In this document: piece by piece, positions 47,869 through 57,344 of the stretch | How the letters are laid out: each line of letters starts with the position of its first letter | How positions within the stretch are numbered: position 1 is the first letter of the stretch | Virus record (IMG/VR): IMGVR_UViG_3300017917_001342 | Location: 248,001 to 312,000 of that record | Strand: one strand, 5' to 3' | DNA: 64,000 nt | The notes under the pieces: generated by a model | Told to the model about the DNA's origin: nothing | Database searches by the model: none | Seen by the model: only the letters and a program-made list of their open reading frames with translations | Program-made: the position numbers and the translations under genes

Positions 47869-49161
47869 TTACCAAATAGTTTCGCCGTTTCTTTTTACAA
47901 CAGCAGTGTAGGTTCCGTCAGTATTCCTAGACACATATAAGCGTTGTTTGATAAAACCGATTACATCGCCAACACTGTATTGATTTGATCTGTCTTGTAC
48001 GTCTTTTAGACTTTGTTTGTACACTTCTTCTATATTGTGTATGTCTAAAACACTGCCATCTTCTTCATTGGCTTCTTTAGCATATTCTCTAACTTCGTCC
48101 GGAGTTAGATCTATAGCATCTTCTATTGTGTCAAATATACCACGTGCTTCGTCGTTGTAAGATAGATAACTGGGTGCATCATCTGTTATTTCATCGTCGT
48201 CGTTGACATAGCCTTCGCTACGCAACCACTCGTAATAGTAGTCGTCATTGGTTTCCCAATCGCTTAGCATTTCGTATACATAATCCATCAACAGTTCTTT
48301 TATTTTTTTAGTCAATGGTACTAGTATTTCGTCGGGAGCAAATTCCAACATGCGATCGAAGTATTCTGGGTGTCGTTCTTTAAAAAAGTCAAACAGTTCA
48401 GGAAAACGTGTTCTAAGCAGCCAGGTCAATCCCACTGCATCGTCGTCTTCATTCATAAACTGTTCACTTGGAAAGTGTAGTTGATACTTTTCACCATCAT
48501 GTTCAGGGTTCTTAGGTATCAATATGTACAGCGGTCCTTGACGGTTATAACGTTCAAAGTAATTGGTACCATGAGTAGCAGCAGTACACCAGCGAGTACC
48601 TCGGCCATATCTACATGCTGCTGGTTCATCTAGTGGATGTACAATTGCAACTTCTGAGCTATCGTAGATTTTTTCTGCTCGACCCTTGTCGGCATCATCT
48701 TCAACGTCTTCGTATTCGTCCATTCTATCTAGAAATTCGTCAAATGTCTTGTAGCGATTAATGTCATTGAATGGTGCAGCTATACGCTTTTTGCGATTGA
48801 GTTTGTCAAACTTGGCAAGATATGTTGCAACAGTACTGACCATATCTTCTATCTGCGTGATTCTTGTATTTTGTGGTGATGCAAATAGTCTAGCCATCCA
48901 CTGAGTATACTTTTTATTTGGCGACGGATCAGCAGCTTCAAACTGTTCCATAGCTCGTTCTGCAAAATCATTGAGGCTGTCAGGATCTGATGCTGCATCG
49001 TGATATAATGGGCTATTTTTAAGTTTATCGGCTAATTGGTTCAAAGGTGTCGAATATAAACCAACTGCATCACGTAGTGCAGCTAATCCTAAATTTGGAC
49101 CTATCGCAGCAATAGCACGAGCGCGATCATATTCTAGTAATAGTAAAGTTTGTATTTTCAT
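47869..49161 (-). CDS. Jumbo-phage hypothetical protein, possibly internal to the virion
   Basis: MKIQTLLLLE N-terminus; DPSPNKKY, CRYGRGTRWCT, KYQLH; acidic C-terminal half. Confidence 0.7.
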   Translation of the reverse strand: MKIQTLLLLEYDRARAIAAIGPNLGLAALRDAVGLYSTPLNQLADKLKNSPLYHDAASDPDSLNDFAERAMEQFEAADPSPNKKYTQWMARLFASPQNTRITQIEDMVSTVATYLAKFDKLNRKKRIAAPFNDINRYKTFDEFLDRMDEYEDVEDDADKGRAEKIYDSSEVAIVHPLDEPAACRYGRGTRWCTAATHGTNYFERYNRQGPLYILIPKNPEHDGEKYQLHFPSEQFMNEDDDAVGLTWLLRTRFPELFDFFKERHPEYFDRMLEFAPDEILVPLTKKIKELLMDYVYEMLSDWETNDDYYYEWLRSEGYVNDDDEITDDAPSYLSYNDEARGIFDTIEDAIDLTPDEVREYAKEANEEDGSVLDIHNIEEVYKQSLKDVQDRSNQYSVGDVIGFIKQRLYVSRNTDGTYTAVVKRNGETIW

Positions 49162-50264
49162 CGTTCGAGCTCATCTGCTACTATTAGGTTGCCTTTTCTG
49201 ACAAATTTTCTCAAACCATCTGCTTGTATAAGTTCGTGAGTGCGTTCGTCAGTTGGATAGACTTTACATACTTCTAATTCATTTTCCCAGGTGTACTCTG
49301 GATTGGGATCGCCTGCTTGCCAATCGTCAAATCCCTGTTTACCATCGGCTAACGCAGTCTCAGGAGTCTGGCCGGTACCCCAAGCATAATCTTCACTGGG
49401 ATTGCCAAAGAAATACCACTCGGCTTTGGTTTGTGGTATTGGGCCAGCTTTTTCTTTTGGACGATTCATAGTAGTTTGATCGTAATAGACTTTACCGTTT
49501 GATCTATTTTCGATTCGTATAATACGAGTTTTACCTTTGAATCCTATGTTGCGTGTAACTCTAACTGTGTCAGATTCAATAGGTTTAACTGTGGCAAGTA
49601 CATTGTACATTGCGGTTTCGAACGCAGGGGTATGTCTAATGTCATTTAATATGCGAAAACTTACATAATTTCTAAATTTACTAGACGATTGCTTCTTATT
49701 GACAATATGTCGTAAAAATACAGTTGCGAGTACTCTTATTTCAAGTAGCGCATTGCGATTCAATTTGATTTTTGTAGGTCTGGCATTGTATTGGCGCAGG
49801 TTTATTTTAGTTGGATTTAAAAATGCCTGTTCAACATGCGTTAATGCGTTTTGAAAATTTTGTTTGTTTGAATAGTATGCCGAAGCGTCTTCTACAGATT
49901 CAATTGCTGCGGGTGTTGAATCTAATATAGACTCAGTTAATATTGCCATAATATCATCTTCGTCTATAGTACCTGAACTTATCACATACTGTAGAGTTAT
50001 TAAAACAGGATCACCGCCATGTGCAGTAGATGCGTTGTCTGCACCTTCTTCTGCTTTGTCTAAGTCAGAAGTTAGATACACACCGCCTTTAAATGTATCA
50101 TATCCACCAGTATCTACATTAGTCTCTCTACTGTATGTGGATTTTGGTGGATTAGCTAATAATCCGTGCTTTAGTATACTAGGTACTAGTGCGCTGCTAG
50201 TACCATGATACATGGTTTGAACACGTTGTATTTTTCGTTCGGTGAGGATGTCGTTGATTTGCAT
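49158..50264 (-). CDS. ADP-ribosyltransferase-like protein with capsid-targeting-like N-terminus
   Basis: Start MQINDILTE just after TATAAATA; MYHGTS, ILKHGL, GVYLTSD. Confidence 0.6.
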   Translation of the reverse strand: MQINDILTERKIQRVQTMYHGTSSALVPSILKHGLLANPPKSTYSRETNVDTGGYDTFKGGVYLTSDLDKAEEGADNASTAHGGDPVLITLQYVISSGTIDEDDIMAILTESILDSTPAAIESVEDASAYYSNKQNFQNALTHVEQAFLNPTKINLRQYNARPTKIKLNRNALLEIRVLATVFLRHIVNKKQSSSKFRNYVSFRILNDIRHTPAFETAMYNVLATVKPIESDTVRVTRNIGFKGKTRIIRIENRSNGKVYYDQTTMNRPKEKAGPIPQTKAEWYFFGNPSEDYAWGTGQTPETALADGKQGFDDWQAGDPNPEYTWENELEVCKVYPTDERTHELIQADGLRKFVRKGNLIVADELER

Positions 50265-50268
50265 CCAA

Positions 50269-50276
50269 TATTTATA
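50269..50276 (-). promoter_or_regulatory. T4-type late promoter
   Basis: Exact TATAAATA. Confidence 0.65.
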
Positions 50277-50523
50277 AGCAAGATAGCTTGAATAACAGTT
50301 GTTCTTCTTGACTGGCAAACCCTATGTATGCATGATTTGCATCAAACCACCACGCCCAGGGTCCTTGGCAGTTTACATCACACCATTCTATTAATTCATG
50401 TTCTATAGTTGGTATTCTGTTGTCGAAGAGCGATGTATGTTTGTAAACATACGGTACATCATTAGGCGGGAGATTATCCCGCCTAAATTTGCTTTCAACT
50501 GACTTACGCAGGGAAGAAGTCAT
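50272..50523 (-). CDS. Paralogue-family small protein
   Basis: EWCDVNCQGPW...FASQEEQLLFKL. Confidence 0.65.
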   Translation of the reverse strand: MTSSLRKSVESKFRRDNLPPNDVPYVYKHTSLFDNRIPTIEHELIEWCDVNCQGPWAWWFDANHAYIGFASQEEQLLFKLSCL

Positions 50524-51109
50524 AGATCATTACTTCTTCACGAGGCAATGATGTTTTAGGATATGGTGTACCTTGTGGAATACCAATTGCAATCAGCATA
50601 CCAACAACGTGATTTTCTGGCATGTTAATTGCTGCGCCAACTGCATCAGCATCAAACCCAATCATTGGGCTACATGCAAATCCAAGATCTGTTGCTGCTA
50701 GCATGATAGCAGATGCTGCCATACCTACGCTACGCATAGCTTCGTCACGCTGTACTTCTGGACGATCCTTATAAAATCCCACGGTCATATCTGACATGTA
50801 TTTTGCAGTTTCTTCGCCGTTTGCAACCCAATAACGAGCCGGGTCGTTTTTCCATGCATTGAGATCTGCACACACTGCGATCAACACACTGTTAACACCG
50901 ACCTGTGCTTGATCCCAAGCACTGCGCTTGATCTTTTCTTTAATGCCACGATCACGAATTGCAACAAAACGCCAATTTTGAATATTGAAACTGGTCGGCA
51001 TGCTGCGAGCAGCGTCAATAATGTAATTTAGATCTTCATCTGACATCTGATGACTGGGGTCAAAATCGCGCTGTGTTCTACGAGCCGTTACTACGTCTTT
51101 AAATTCCAT
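50504..51109 (-). CDS. Nitroreductase family protein
   Basis: RRTQRDF, PTSFNIQNWRF, PMIGFD. Confidence 0.88.
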   Translation of the reverse strand: MEFKDVVTARRTQRDFDPSHQMSDEDLNYIIDAARSMPTSFNIQNWRFVAIRDRGIKEKIKRSAWDQAQVGVNSVLIAVCADLNAWKNDPARYWVANGEETAKYMSDMTVGFYKDRPEVQRDEAMRSVGMAASAIMLAATDLGFACSPMIGFDADAVGAAINMPENHVVGMLIAIGIPQGTPYPKTSLPREEVMIYDFFPA

Positions 51110-51196
51110 TTGTTATCTCCTTAGGATATTATTATTTTATAGTCAATAGTGTGCGATTACAATGTGTAGATCTGCATAGTGTATGTGTAAAAGAAT

Positions 51197-51222
51197 AAGG
51201 GCAAGCGTAAAGCTTGCCCTTT
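51197..51222. terminator. Terminator hairpin
   Basis: aagggcaagc-gtaaa-gcttgccctt. Confidence 0.6.
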
Positions 51223-51242
51223 GAGTCACTGTGCAGTGTTGA

Positions 51243-51755
51243 TTAGACCCACTCTTGGCCCATTGCACGCATCTTAACGATGCTGTCGAGTGCGTAGGTG
51301 CGGATAACAACCTTGTTGTCAAGCCCGCCTTGACCGTTGTCGTCACGCTTTTCCGGAAGCCCTTCGATCAGTTCGGGTGCAATCGGATAGCCATCTTGCA
51401 GGTATTGCACTTCGCCTGCATTCATGAAGATCACTTCCAAATAGTGCGCACCCTTGTGTTCAACAAAGGGCGTACCGGCAATACGCTGTCCCCAGGCACG
51501 CTCACCGAGTTGGAACGATTCGGGATCTTTGCCTTCAGCAGCAAGACGACGCTTAACCATTGCATCATATGCGCTGCCATTGGTGTTAGTGAAGCACATT
51601 ACCGTAGAACCAGTAACTTCTTTGGTAATGCGACCTTGCTGCGGATTCTTTTTGCCGCCCTTGAGCACAACTTCGGTAACAGTGTCAATACCAACAAACG
51701 TACCACCTGCCAGCGTTTCGAACACTTTCTGTGCAGTTTCCAGTTTCATTTGCAT
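51243..51755 (-). CDS. Conserved hypothetical phage protein
   Basis: GGKKNP..GRITK; promoter TTGACA-17-TAGTGT at 51784-51812. Confidence 0.7.
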   Translation of the reverse strand: MQMKLETAQKVFETLAGGTFVGIDTVTEVVLKGGKKNPQQGRITKEVTGSTVMCFTNTNGSAYDAMVKRRLAAEGKDPESFQLGERAWGQRIAGTPFVEHKGAHYLEVIFMNAGEVQYLQDGYPIAPELIEGLPEKRDDNGQGGLDNKVVIRTYALDSIVKMRAMGQEWV

Positions 51756-51831
51756 AACCCTTTGTGTGTTTGCCTATGCGTTCACACTATAGATATTTGT
51801 TAACCATGTCAACTGGATATTTTGAAAAATC

Positions 51832-52218
51832 TCAATTTTTTAATGCAGCAAGTCTAGCAGCACGAGCAGCAGCTTGTTCGGCTTTGCACTTTTCTACATG
51901 TGCAAGCCCTGCATCAAGTGCAGTCTGCATTGCTTTGATACCTTTTTCATCAAGTATCACATCTGACACAAAAGTATAGTGTCCTGTAAACAGTATCTTA
52001 GCAGCAGTCTTAATGCGCCAAGGCCAGCGTTTAAAGAAGTTACCCCAACGTTCAAATGCACCGAACCGCAGTTCAACATTTAGAGAAATTTCAGTAAATT
52101 CTTTTTCTGCTTCAAAAAACATACTGACGTCGTGATCACAATCGCCGCAATCGCATGCAACTCGCCAATGGCTAGAACCATCGCAGTAGTCGTTGAGTTT
52201 CATTAGCTTTTCTTGCAT
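51832..52218 (-). CDS. Hypothetical protein
   Basis: CDCGDCDH; AGGA SD. Confidence 0.65.
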   Translation of the reverse strand: MQEKLMKLNDYCDGSSHWRVACDCGDCDHDVSMFFEAEKEFTEISLNVELRFGAFERWGNFFKRWPWRIKTAAKILFTGHYTFVSDVILDEKGIKAMQTALDAGLAHVEKCKAEQAAARAARLAALKN

Positions 52219-52235
52219 TGTGTTTCCTTGTTGTT

Positions 52236-52312
52236 TGGTAGGGGATGCAGGACTCGAACCAGCAACCTACGGATTATGAGTCCGGCGCTCTAACCAATTG
52301 AGCTAATCCCCC
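52236..52312 (-). tRNA. tRNA-Ile2 (anticodon CAT, lysidine type)
   Basis: GGGGGATTAGCTCAATTGGTTAGAGC..CTCATAA..TTCGAGT..ACCA cloverleaf; adjacent to tilS. Confidence 0.85.
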
Positions 52313-52322
52313 ATTGTAGCTA

Positions 52323-52943
52323 TTATATAGCTTCGTTGTGCTTTTCTTGCAAGCGTTTTTTAATTGTCTTGTGAATACCAGGGTTTACCTTAAGCACATG
52401 CGGCATAAGTTCTTTACGAATATAGTTACGAGTAAAATCCAAATTGGCATTGCTAGTGTCTTCAAGCCACGGCACATTATGCGATTCGCACCAAGCAACT
52501 AGATCAGCTTTGCGAGTAGTGAGAAATGGACGCACTACATTACCGCGATGCAGTTCTGGCAGCTTTGGTTGTCCGTTGATGCTGCCCCATAGCCAAGTTT
52601 CAACCGCATCGTCGAGATGATGTGCAACTACCACTGTTTCAGACAGCTTTTCAAAAAATGCATAGCGTTCTTCACGCCAGTATTCTTCAATGCTTTCGCT
52701 TTTATGACGCGGTCTTGACACAGACCCTATTACAATTGGAATGTCATGTGTAGTGCAATAATTTTCAACAAACTGCAACGACTCAGTACTGTTATCAGCA
52801 GCATGGTCAAAATATGCAACCACAACCTGATGATTCCTACGAAGGAAGTCTAGTGCAGCCATTGAGTCGGCACCGCCTGAACAGGCAATGTAAAGGTGTC
52901 TCGGGAGTTTGTTCATAAGCTTGATCATGTGTAATATATACAC
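52323..52943 (-). CDS. tilS: tRNA(Ile)-lysidine synthetase, catalytic domain only
   Basis: SGGADS, R.ERY.FF, AHHLDDAVET, RPFL, EDTSN, RNYIR. Confidence 0.88.
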   Translation of the reverse strand: MYILHMIKLMNKLPRHLYIACSGGADSMAALDFLRRNHQVVVAYFDHAADNSTESLQFVENYCTTHDIPIVIGSVSRPRHKSESIEEYWREERYAFFEKLSETVVVAHHLDDAVETWLWGSINGQPKLPELHRGNVVRPFLTTRKADLVAWCESHNVPWLEDTSNANLDFTRNYIRKELMPHVLKVNPGIHKTIKKRLQEKHNEAI

Positions 52944-52967
52944 GTTGCGATCAACAACTTCAACCGT

Positions 52968-53690
52968 TTATTTGGCTCTCCATGGGAAGTTACCACCATA
53001 GCGTTCGTACTGTATGCGGTTACCATTGTTGAAAAACTCTTGGTTAACACTGTTGGGATTGCCATCTAGTCTATAATTTAGTGTGTACTGTCCAGTGGTT
53101 CCCCATTGCGGAAAGTGTTGAGATATTGCAGCAAGAAAACGTCTGTCACCGCCCCAGCCCCAGTGCCATGCAGAACCTATCTGTGTAATAACTTCACGCT
53201 TAATGCAGAAACTGCTGGTGTCAACTAGGTGATGATTTGCACCAAGATATATAGGCCAACGACCTAGACTTTCACAGTCGTCTAGACAAAGGTAGTTACC
53301 ATCCTTGTCTACAATTTTACGTAGGCTGTGCCCCCATTGCCAGCCATTGGCTTCTATGGCAGCAATCTGTGTAGCTACGTGATCAATATCAAACCAATTG
53401 TCTTGATCCAAATACAGTATGTAATCTGTATTCACCAAGTGGCTAACTGCTGCATAGATGCGATGACCATAAAAACCATTTGCACCAGTGTTGTCGGGCA
53501 ATTGCAATATTTTTACATAGTTGCGGTACTGTTCAATGACTGTGTTTACTGCGTCAGTAAACTGCGGCCCATCTATTACTACCCAGACTTCTGTATTTGG
53601 ATGTGTTTGCAACAAAGCAGAATCAACTGCTTTGGCTAAAACTTCGTTACCAGTGGCGGCTATGACTATGGTTGCTGTACTCATACTCAA
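52968..53690 (-). CDS. GT2 glycosyltransferase
   Basis: VIDG, YLDQDNW (DxD), GDRRF. Confidence 0.8.
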   Translation of the reverse strand: MSMSTATIVIAATGNEVLAKAVDSALLQTHPNTEVWVVIDGPQFTDAVNTVIEQYRNYVKILQLPDNTGANGFYGHRIYAAVSHLVNTDYILYLDQDNWFDIDHVATQIAAIEANGWQWGHSLRKIVDKDGNYLCLDDCESLGRWPIYLGANHHLVDTSSFCIKREVITQIGSAWHWGWGGDRRFLAAISQHFPQWGTTGQYTLNYRLDGNPNSVNQEFFNNGNRIQYERYGGNFPWRAK

Positions 53691-53706
53691 GTGTGCGATC
53701 TAACAG

Positions 53707-54258
53707 TTAACCTTGCAACCATAGAGGGAACAATGCATCTTTGTTGTCAGTGCTGATAAAGTATCCGTTAAAGTCGCTGGTGTTAGGTACGATACGTACA
53801 TTGGTATCTTTCAGATACTTTTTTATTTCGCGTAACGGTATACCTTGTGCATAGCACACATGTAGTCTCGGTGGAAGCTGTCTAACCCATTCTATTGCAG
53901 AGTCTATCATTGCATCTGTTCCAATAACGCAAACTTCATTTTCAACATAGGTGCAATCAATTAAATCATCTGGTAGGTTCATAACCTGATGCACATAGCT
54001 GTTATGTAGGAAATCTTCAAACTTGCGTTTTTTTGAAATGTGTATAGCACCCTGTGCTGTGCAATAATCTACAATTTGTGAGTGTTCCCAGTCACTTATA
54101 GCAGCAACACTCATACCTTTTATACCTGGTATATTCCACCATTTTTTAAAACTGTCATCGTGTGTTAATTTCAATTCCCAGGCGGCTAATGAGAACGGAA
54201 CTTTGTCCATGCTATTAACCATTCTTCTGAACATTCTGTAACGGTGATGTGTGGTCAC
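53707..54258 (-). CDS. Hypothetical protein
   Basis: 183 aa; family-like C-terminus. Confidence 0.55.
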   Translation of the reverse strand: MTTHHRYRMFRRMVNSMDKVPFSLAAWELKLTHDDSFKKWWNIPGIKGMSVAAISDWEHSQIVDYCTAQGAIHISKKRKFEDFLHNSYVHQVMNLPDDLIDCTYVENEVCVIGTDAMIDSAIEWVRQLPPRLHVCYAQGIPLREIKKYLKDTNVRIVPNTSDFNGYFISTDNKDALFPLWLQG

Positions 54259-54311
54259 GGTAGTTGCTGTACCTTATTGTATTATTTAAGATATTTACTA
54301 TCATTTGGCAT

Positions 54312-54566
54312 TTATCCCCAGACAAGTCGGTATTCTGTCCACAACTCGTCATCTAGCCATACAAATATAGTAGTCGCAATCCACGGTTCGCTATTTCTTT
54401 TATAACGAACATGTTCAGTTCCTATGGTAATACCTCGATCTTGTAGCCAAAGATTCTGTTCAACAAGGTTAACATTCTGTAAAAGATCATCGTAATGACG
54501 GCGAGTATGATAACTGCGCCATTCCATATATTGTGGTTCTTCTAAGTGAAGCAATACTCGTTTCAT
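54312..54566 (-). CDS. Paralogue-family small protein (YRLxW subtype)
   Basis: WLQDRG...DDELWTEYRLVWG. Confidence 0.7.
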   Translation of the reverse strand: MKRVLLHLEEPQYMEWRSYHTRRHYDDLLQNVNLVEQNLWLQDRGITIGTEHVRYKRNSEPWIATTIFVWLDDELWTEYRLVWG

Positions 54567-54576
54567 ACGTAATTAC

Positions 54577-54798
54577 TTACGCACGAAGTCGTTCTTCCAA
54601 TGTAAAATGTTCTACATCAAGAACATCCAACAACCAGTTAGTCATTACATCATCTATATAGTGTTGTGATTTACCTAAAATATCACGACGTGCAACTGCA
54701 ATATCGTTTTTGTAGAATGTAATCGAGTATCCGCCCTCGATATCACTGCAAACCGAATATTTGTTATCATCTGGTATAAGGGAATAGATCTGATGCAT
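54577..54798 (-). CDS. Hypothetical protein
   Basis: TAATG overlap. Confidence 0.6.
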   Translation of the reverse strand: MHQIYSLIPDDNKYSVCSDIEGGYSITFYKNDIAVARRDILGKSQHYIDDVMTNWLLDVLDVEHFTLEERLRA

Positions 54799-55247
54799 TA
54801 GCCGGCTTTTTTAAGTTTCTCTTGAAACATTTTAAGTCTTTTTGCAGCAATGTCATTGTTTAACAGCATATCAACTGTCCACGACAACGGTCTTGGCATT
54901 TCACTGAGATCTGCCCATTTATATTCAACATGTTCCCAACTAAGCTTGGGTTCAAATTCCTTATTGATACCTATTGCAAAATTAGTGTGTATGAACTTGG
55001 GTTCTTCTGTAGTGTTTGTAGACAGTTTAACAATAGGTGCTTCTGATAGACTGCGACCTATTTCTTCAGTTAGTTCTCTGTACAGTCCTTCTAGGACTGT
55101 TTCTCCACGTTCTACATGACCACCGGGTAAACACCAATGCAGTGGATCATTTACTAGATCACTGCGCAAAATAAAGAGGACACGTTCTGTCTCTCTGGCC
55201 CATATCAGTGCAGATGCTGCCTGTTTGATTAGTTCATCATATCTCAT
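54798..55247 (-). CDS. Nudix hydrolase
   Basis: PGGHVERGETVLEGLYRELTEEIG. Confidence 0.9.
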   Translation of the reverse strand: MRYDELIKQAASALIWARETERVLFILRSDLVNDPLHWCLPGGHVERGETVLEGLYRELTEEIGRSLSEAPIVKLSTNTTEEPKFIHTNFAIGINKEFEPKLSWEHVEYKWADLSEMPRPLSWTVDMLLNNDIAAKRLKMFQEKLKKAG

Positions 55248-55255
55248 ATACTAAT

Positions 55256-55810
55256 TTATCCAAAATTCTCAATTGCCAACACTGTGTCATGATGTTGTAA
55301 TATTTCGTAATGATTAGCTTGAACTCTAACAAATTCGCCGCAACTCCAACCAGTTTGTATTTTAACTGGTAATACACCATCGTTGTCTTCGTAGATAAAT
55401 GGGTTAAAACCGGTGCCAGCAACAATATGCCGGACCGGTTTAGTGTAGGTTGCACGTTTCATATCTTTTATAACATGACTGTCTTTTGCGATCTGTCCTA
55501 TTAGCCTACTGCGACTGAAATACAACTGTATGAGATTCAGTTCAAGTCCTGCTAATGGCGATGCTAGTGTGATAATGCGATTGACCAGTGGATGATCGTG
55601 TAAATGCAGTGCAACTATACCACCTAGACTGTGTCCTATAACTGTGCAGGGTTCGGTGATACTATCGTTTGCACGCTGTATTATATCTCGCATTCCGTCA
55701 GCAGCGTGATCATAGGATAACATAGTCCAGTTAGCAGTTATCTGTGAACGCAAATAGTTAAAACTAACCGGACTGCTCCATGCGCCGTGTATTGCAAATA
55801 TATTAGTCAA
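55256..55810 (-). CDS. Alpha/beta hydrolase
   Basis: IHGAW, GHSLGG, NDG, NH. Confidence 0.85.
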   Translation of the reverse strand: MTNIFAIHGAWSSPVSFNYLRSQITANWTMLSYDHAADGMRDIIQRANDSITEPCTVIGHSLGGIVALHLHDHPLVNRIITLASPLAGLELNLIQLYFSRSRLIGQIAKDSHVIKDMKRATYTKPVRHIVAGTGFNPFIYEDNDGVLPVKIQTGWSCGEFVRVQANHYEILQHHDTVLAIENFG

Positions 55811-55857
55811 TGCGTAAACTCTCTAATAAGAGTATTATTTACGCTGCTATTGCATGG

Positions 55858-56028
55858 TTAACCCCAAGTTAGTTTAAACAGAACAGCGTCATCGAGATTT
55901 TTGAAATACCAATAATGGCCATAGCATTTGTACTTGCCAATGTTTTCGTTTAACCATGGCACAGGTATACCTTTCCATGTAGGTACAAAAACCATATGCC
56001 ATGATTTATCAAGATGACGTTTATTCAT
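55858..56028 (-). CDS. 56-aa minimal paralogue-family protein (not in ORF track)
   Basis: WLNENIG...YFKNLDDAVLFKLTWG. Confidence 0.7.
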   Translation of the reverse strand: MNKRHLDKSWHMVFVPTWKGIPVPWLNENIGKYKCYGHYWYFKNLDDAVLFKLTWG

Positions 56029-56213
56029 CAATCCAGCGATGGACCAGTGTCGTGATCAAGCTCGTAGAACCGAGCATCATCAAGAGTTTTCAGCCAACGA
56101 CCGGTTTCAAACGGATGAGTGATAACATAGATGCTGAGTACAAAAATGTACAAGCCAAGCACAGAAAGAACAACGTCGCGAATAGTTTTAGTAACGTACA
56201 TGTGATGCCCCAA
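56028..56213 (-). CDS. Small membrane protein
   Basis: One TM segment. Confidence 0.5.
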   Translation of the reverse strand: MGHHMYVTKTIRDVVLSVLGLYIFVLSIYVITHPFETGRWLKTLDDARFYELDHDTGPSLD

Positions 56214-56273
56214 ATATCAAAGTAGAACAGATTGTCTACCAAAACAATTTAACACAACTTATAGCGTTGTCAA

Positions 56274-56570
56274 TCAATAGTCGCCATCTTGTAGTACAAT
56301 TGCACTAGGTGTAGTTGTATCAATCAGTTTCATAGTGCCTCTGTATGCAAGTCCACGTTTTTGCAATTCTTCTGTTAATAATTCAATGGCTTGCGTTTCC
56401 GATTCTGCAACTACTACCGCGCTTACACCAACTGGCCATAATCCTTCGAAATCAGTATTGTAGTAGACTTTTAGTTGTTTTGAAATTGTTGCATTGGCAG
56501 TGTCTAACTGCATTTGCAATGTTTCTAATTTAGCCTGTGCGTATGTTGCTTCGTATAGCCAGTCTGACAT
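56274..56570 (-). CDS. Hypothetical protein
   Basis: FEGLWPVGVSAVVVAE; GGAG SD. Confidence 0.65.
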   Translation of the reverse strand: MSDWLYEATYAQAKLETLQMQLDTANATISKQLKVYYNTDFEGLWPVGVSAVVVAESETQAIELLTEELQKRGLAYRGTMKLIDTTTPSAIVLQDGDY

Positions 56571-56628
56571 GTTGACACTCCATGGATAATTTTCATTATA
56601 TGGTAATATATCTCAAAGAATAAAATTC

Positions 56629-57306
56629 TTGAGAATAAATACTGTTACAGCGAGGTGCATCACTATGGAAATGGATTATAGAGATATAATGAAAGCAGTG
56701 TTGAGAAGCCAACATTGCCAGCGCAATTTTGATTTGTCTAAGACAATACCAGACGAAGATTTGGATCTGATGATAAATGCAGCAACAAATTGCCCCAGTA
56801 AACAAAACATTTCATTTTATGATTTGTATGTAATTAGAGACCAAGATCTCATTGCTAAGATACACAAGCTGTCTACTGGTGTTACTGCACACAATACCAT
56901 AACTGGCGAGCGCGACACACCAACTACAAACAGTCAAACACTGGCAAACGTTTTGTTCTTGTATATACATAAAGATCTCGACGAAGTTACTCCCAGTGCA
57001 TTTGAAAAATGGAGTCGTGCAGACGAAGCAGAACTCAAAGTATTCGAACGCGATGTTAACACTGCAATAGGTATATCTGCCGGATATGTTAACTTTGCTG
57101 CAAGCCTGCTCGGATATGCAACTGGTTGTTGCCAGTGTTTCCAAAAAGAAGAAATTAGAAAACTTCTAGGTCTTAAGAAGGGTCCAGACTTGCTTATGGG
57201 TATTGGATATTCAGACGAAACAAGAAATCGTAGAGTACATGCTACACAGCCTGAGTTGATGTTCCCAACTAGAGCTAAAGAAGATATTGCTGTACATTAT
57301 ATGTAA
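56629..57306 (+). CDS. Nitroreductase family protein
   Basis: SQHCQRNFD, CPSKQN, GYATGCC, MGIG; start probably MEMDY. Confidence 0.75.
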   Translation: MRINTVTARCITMEMDYRDIMKAVLRSQHCQRNFDLSKTIPDEDLDLMINAATNCPSKQNISFYDLYVIRDQDLIAKIHKLSTGVTAHNTITGERDTPTTNSQTLANVLFLYIHKDLDEVTPSAFEKWSRADEAELKVFERDVNTAIGISAGYVNFAASLLGYATGCCQCFQKEEIRKLLGLKKGPDLLMGIGYSDETRNRRVHATQPELMFPTRAKEDIAVHYM

Positions 57307-57334
57307 AAAAAGCCGCGCTTAGCGCGGCTTTTTT
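57305..57334. terminator. Bidirectional terminator
   Basis: aaaaaaagccgcgc-tta-gcgcggctttttt. Confidence 0.85.
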
Positions 57335-57344
57335 ATTTCAACTG

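Noticed and set aside
52236-52312. tRNA-Met or fMet call
   Set aside because: Lacks the initiator C1 mismatch and GGG/CCC anticodon stem; adjacency to tilS favours Ile2, though elongator Met is not formally excluded
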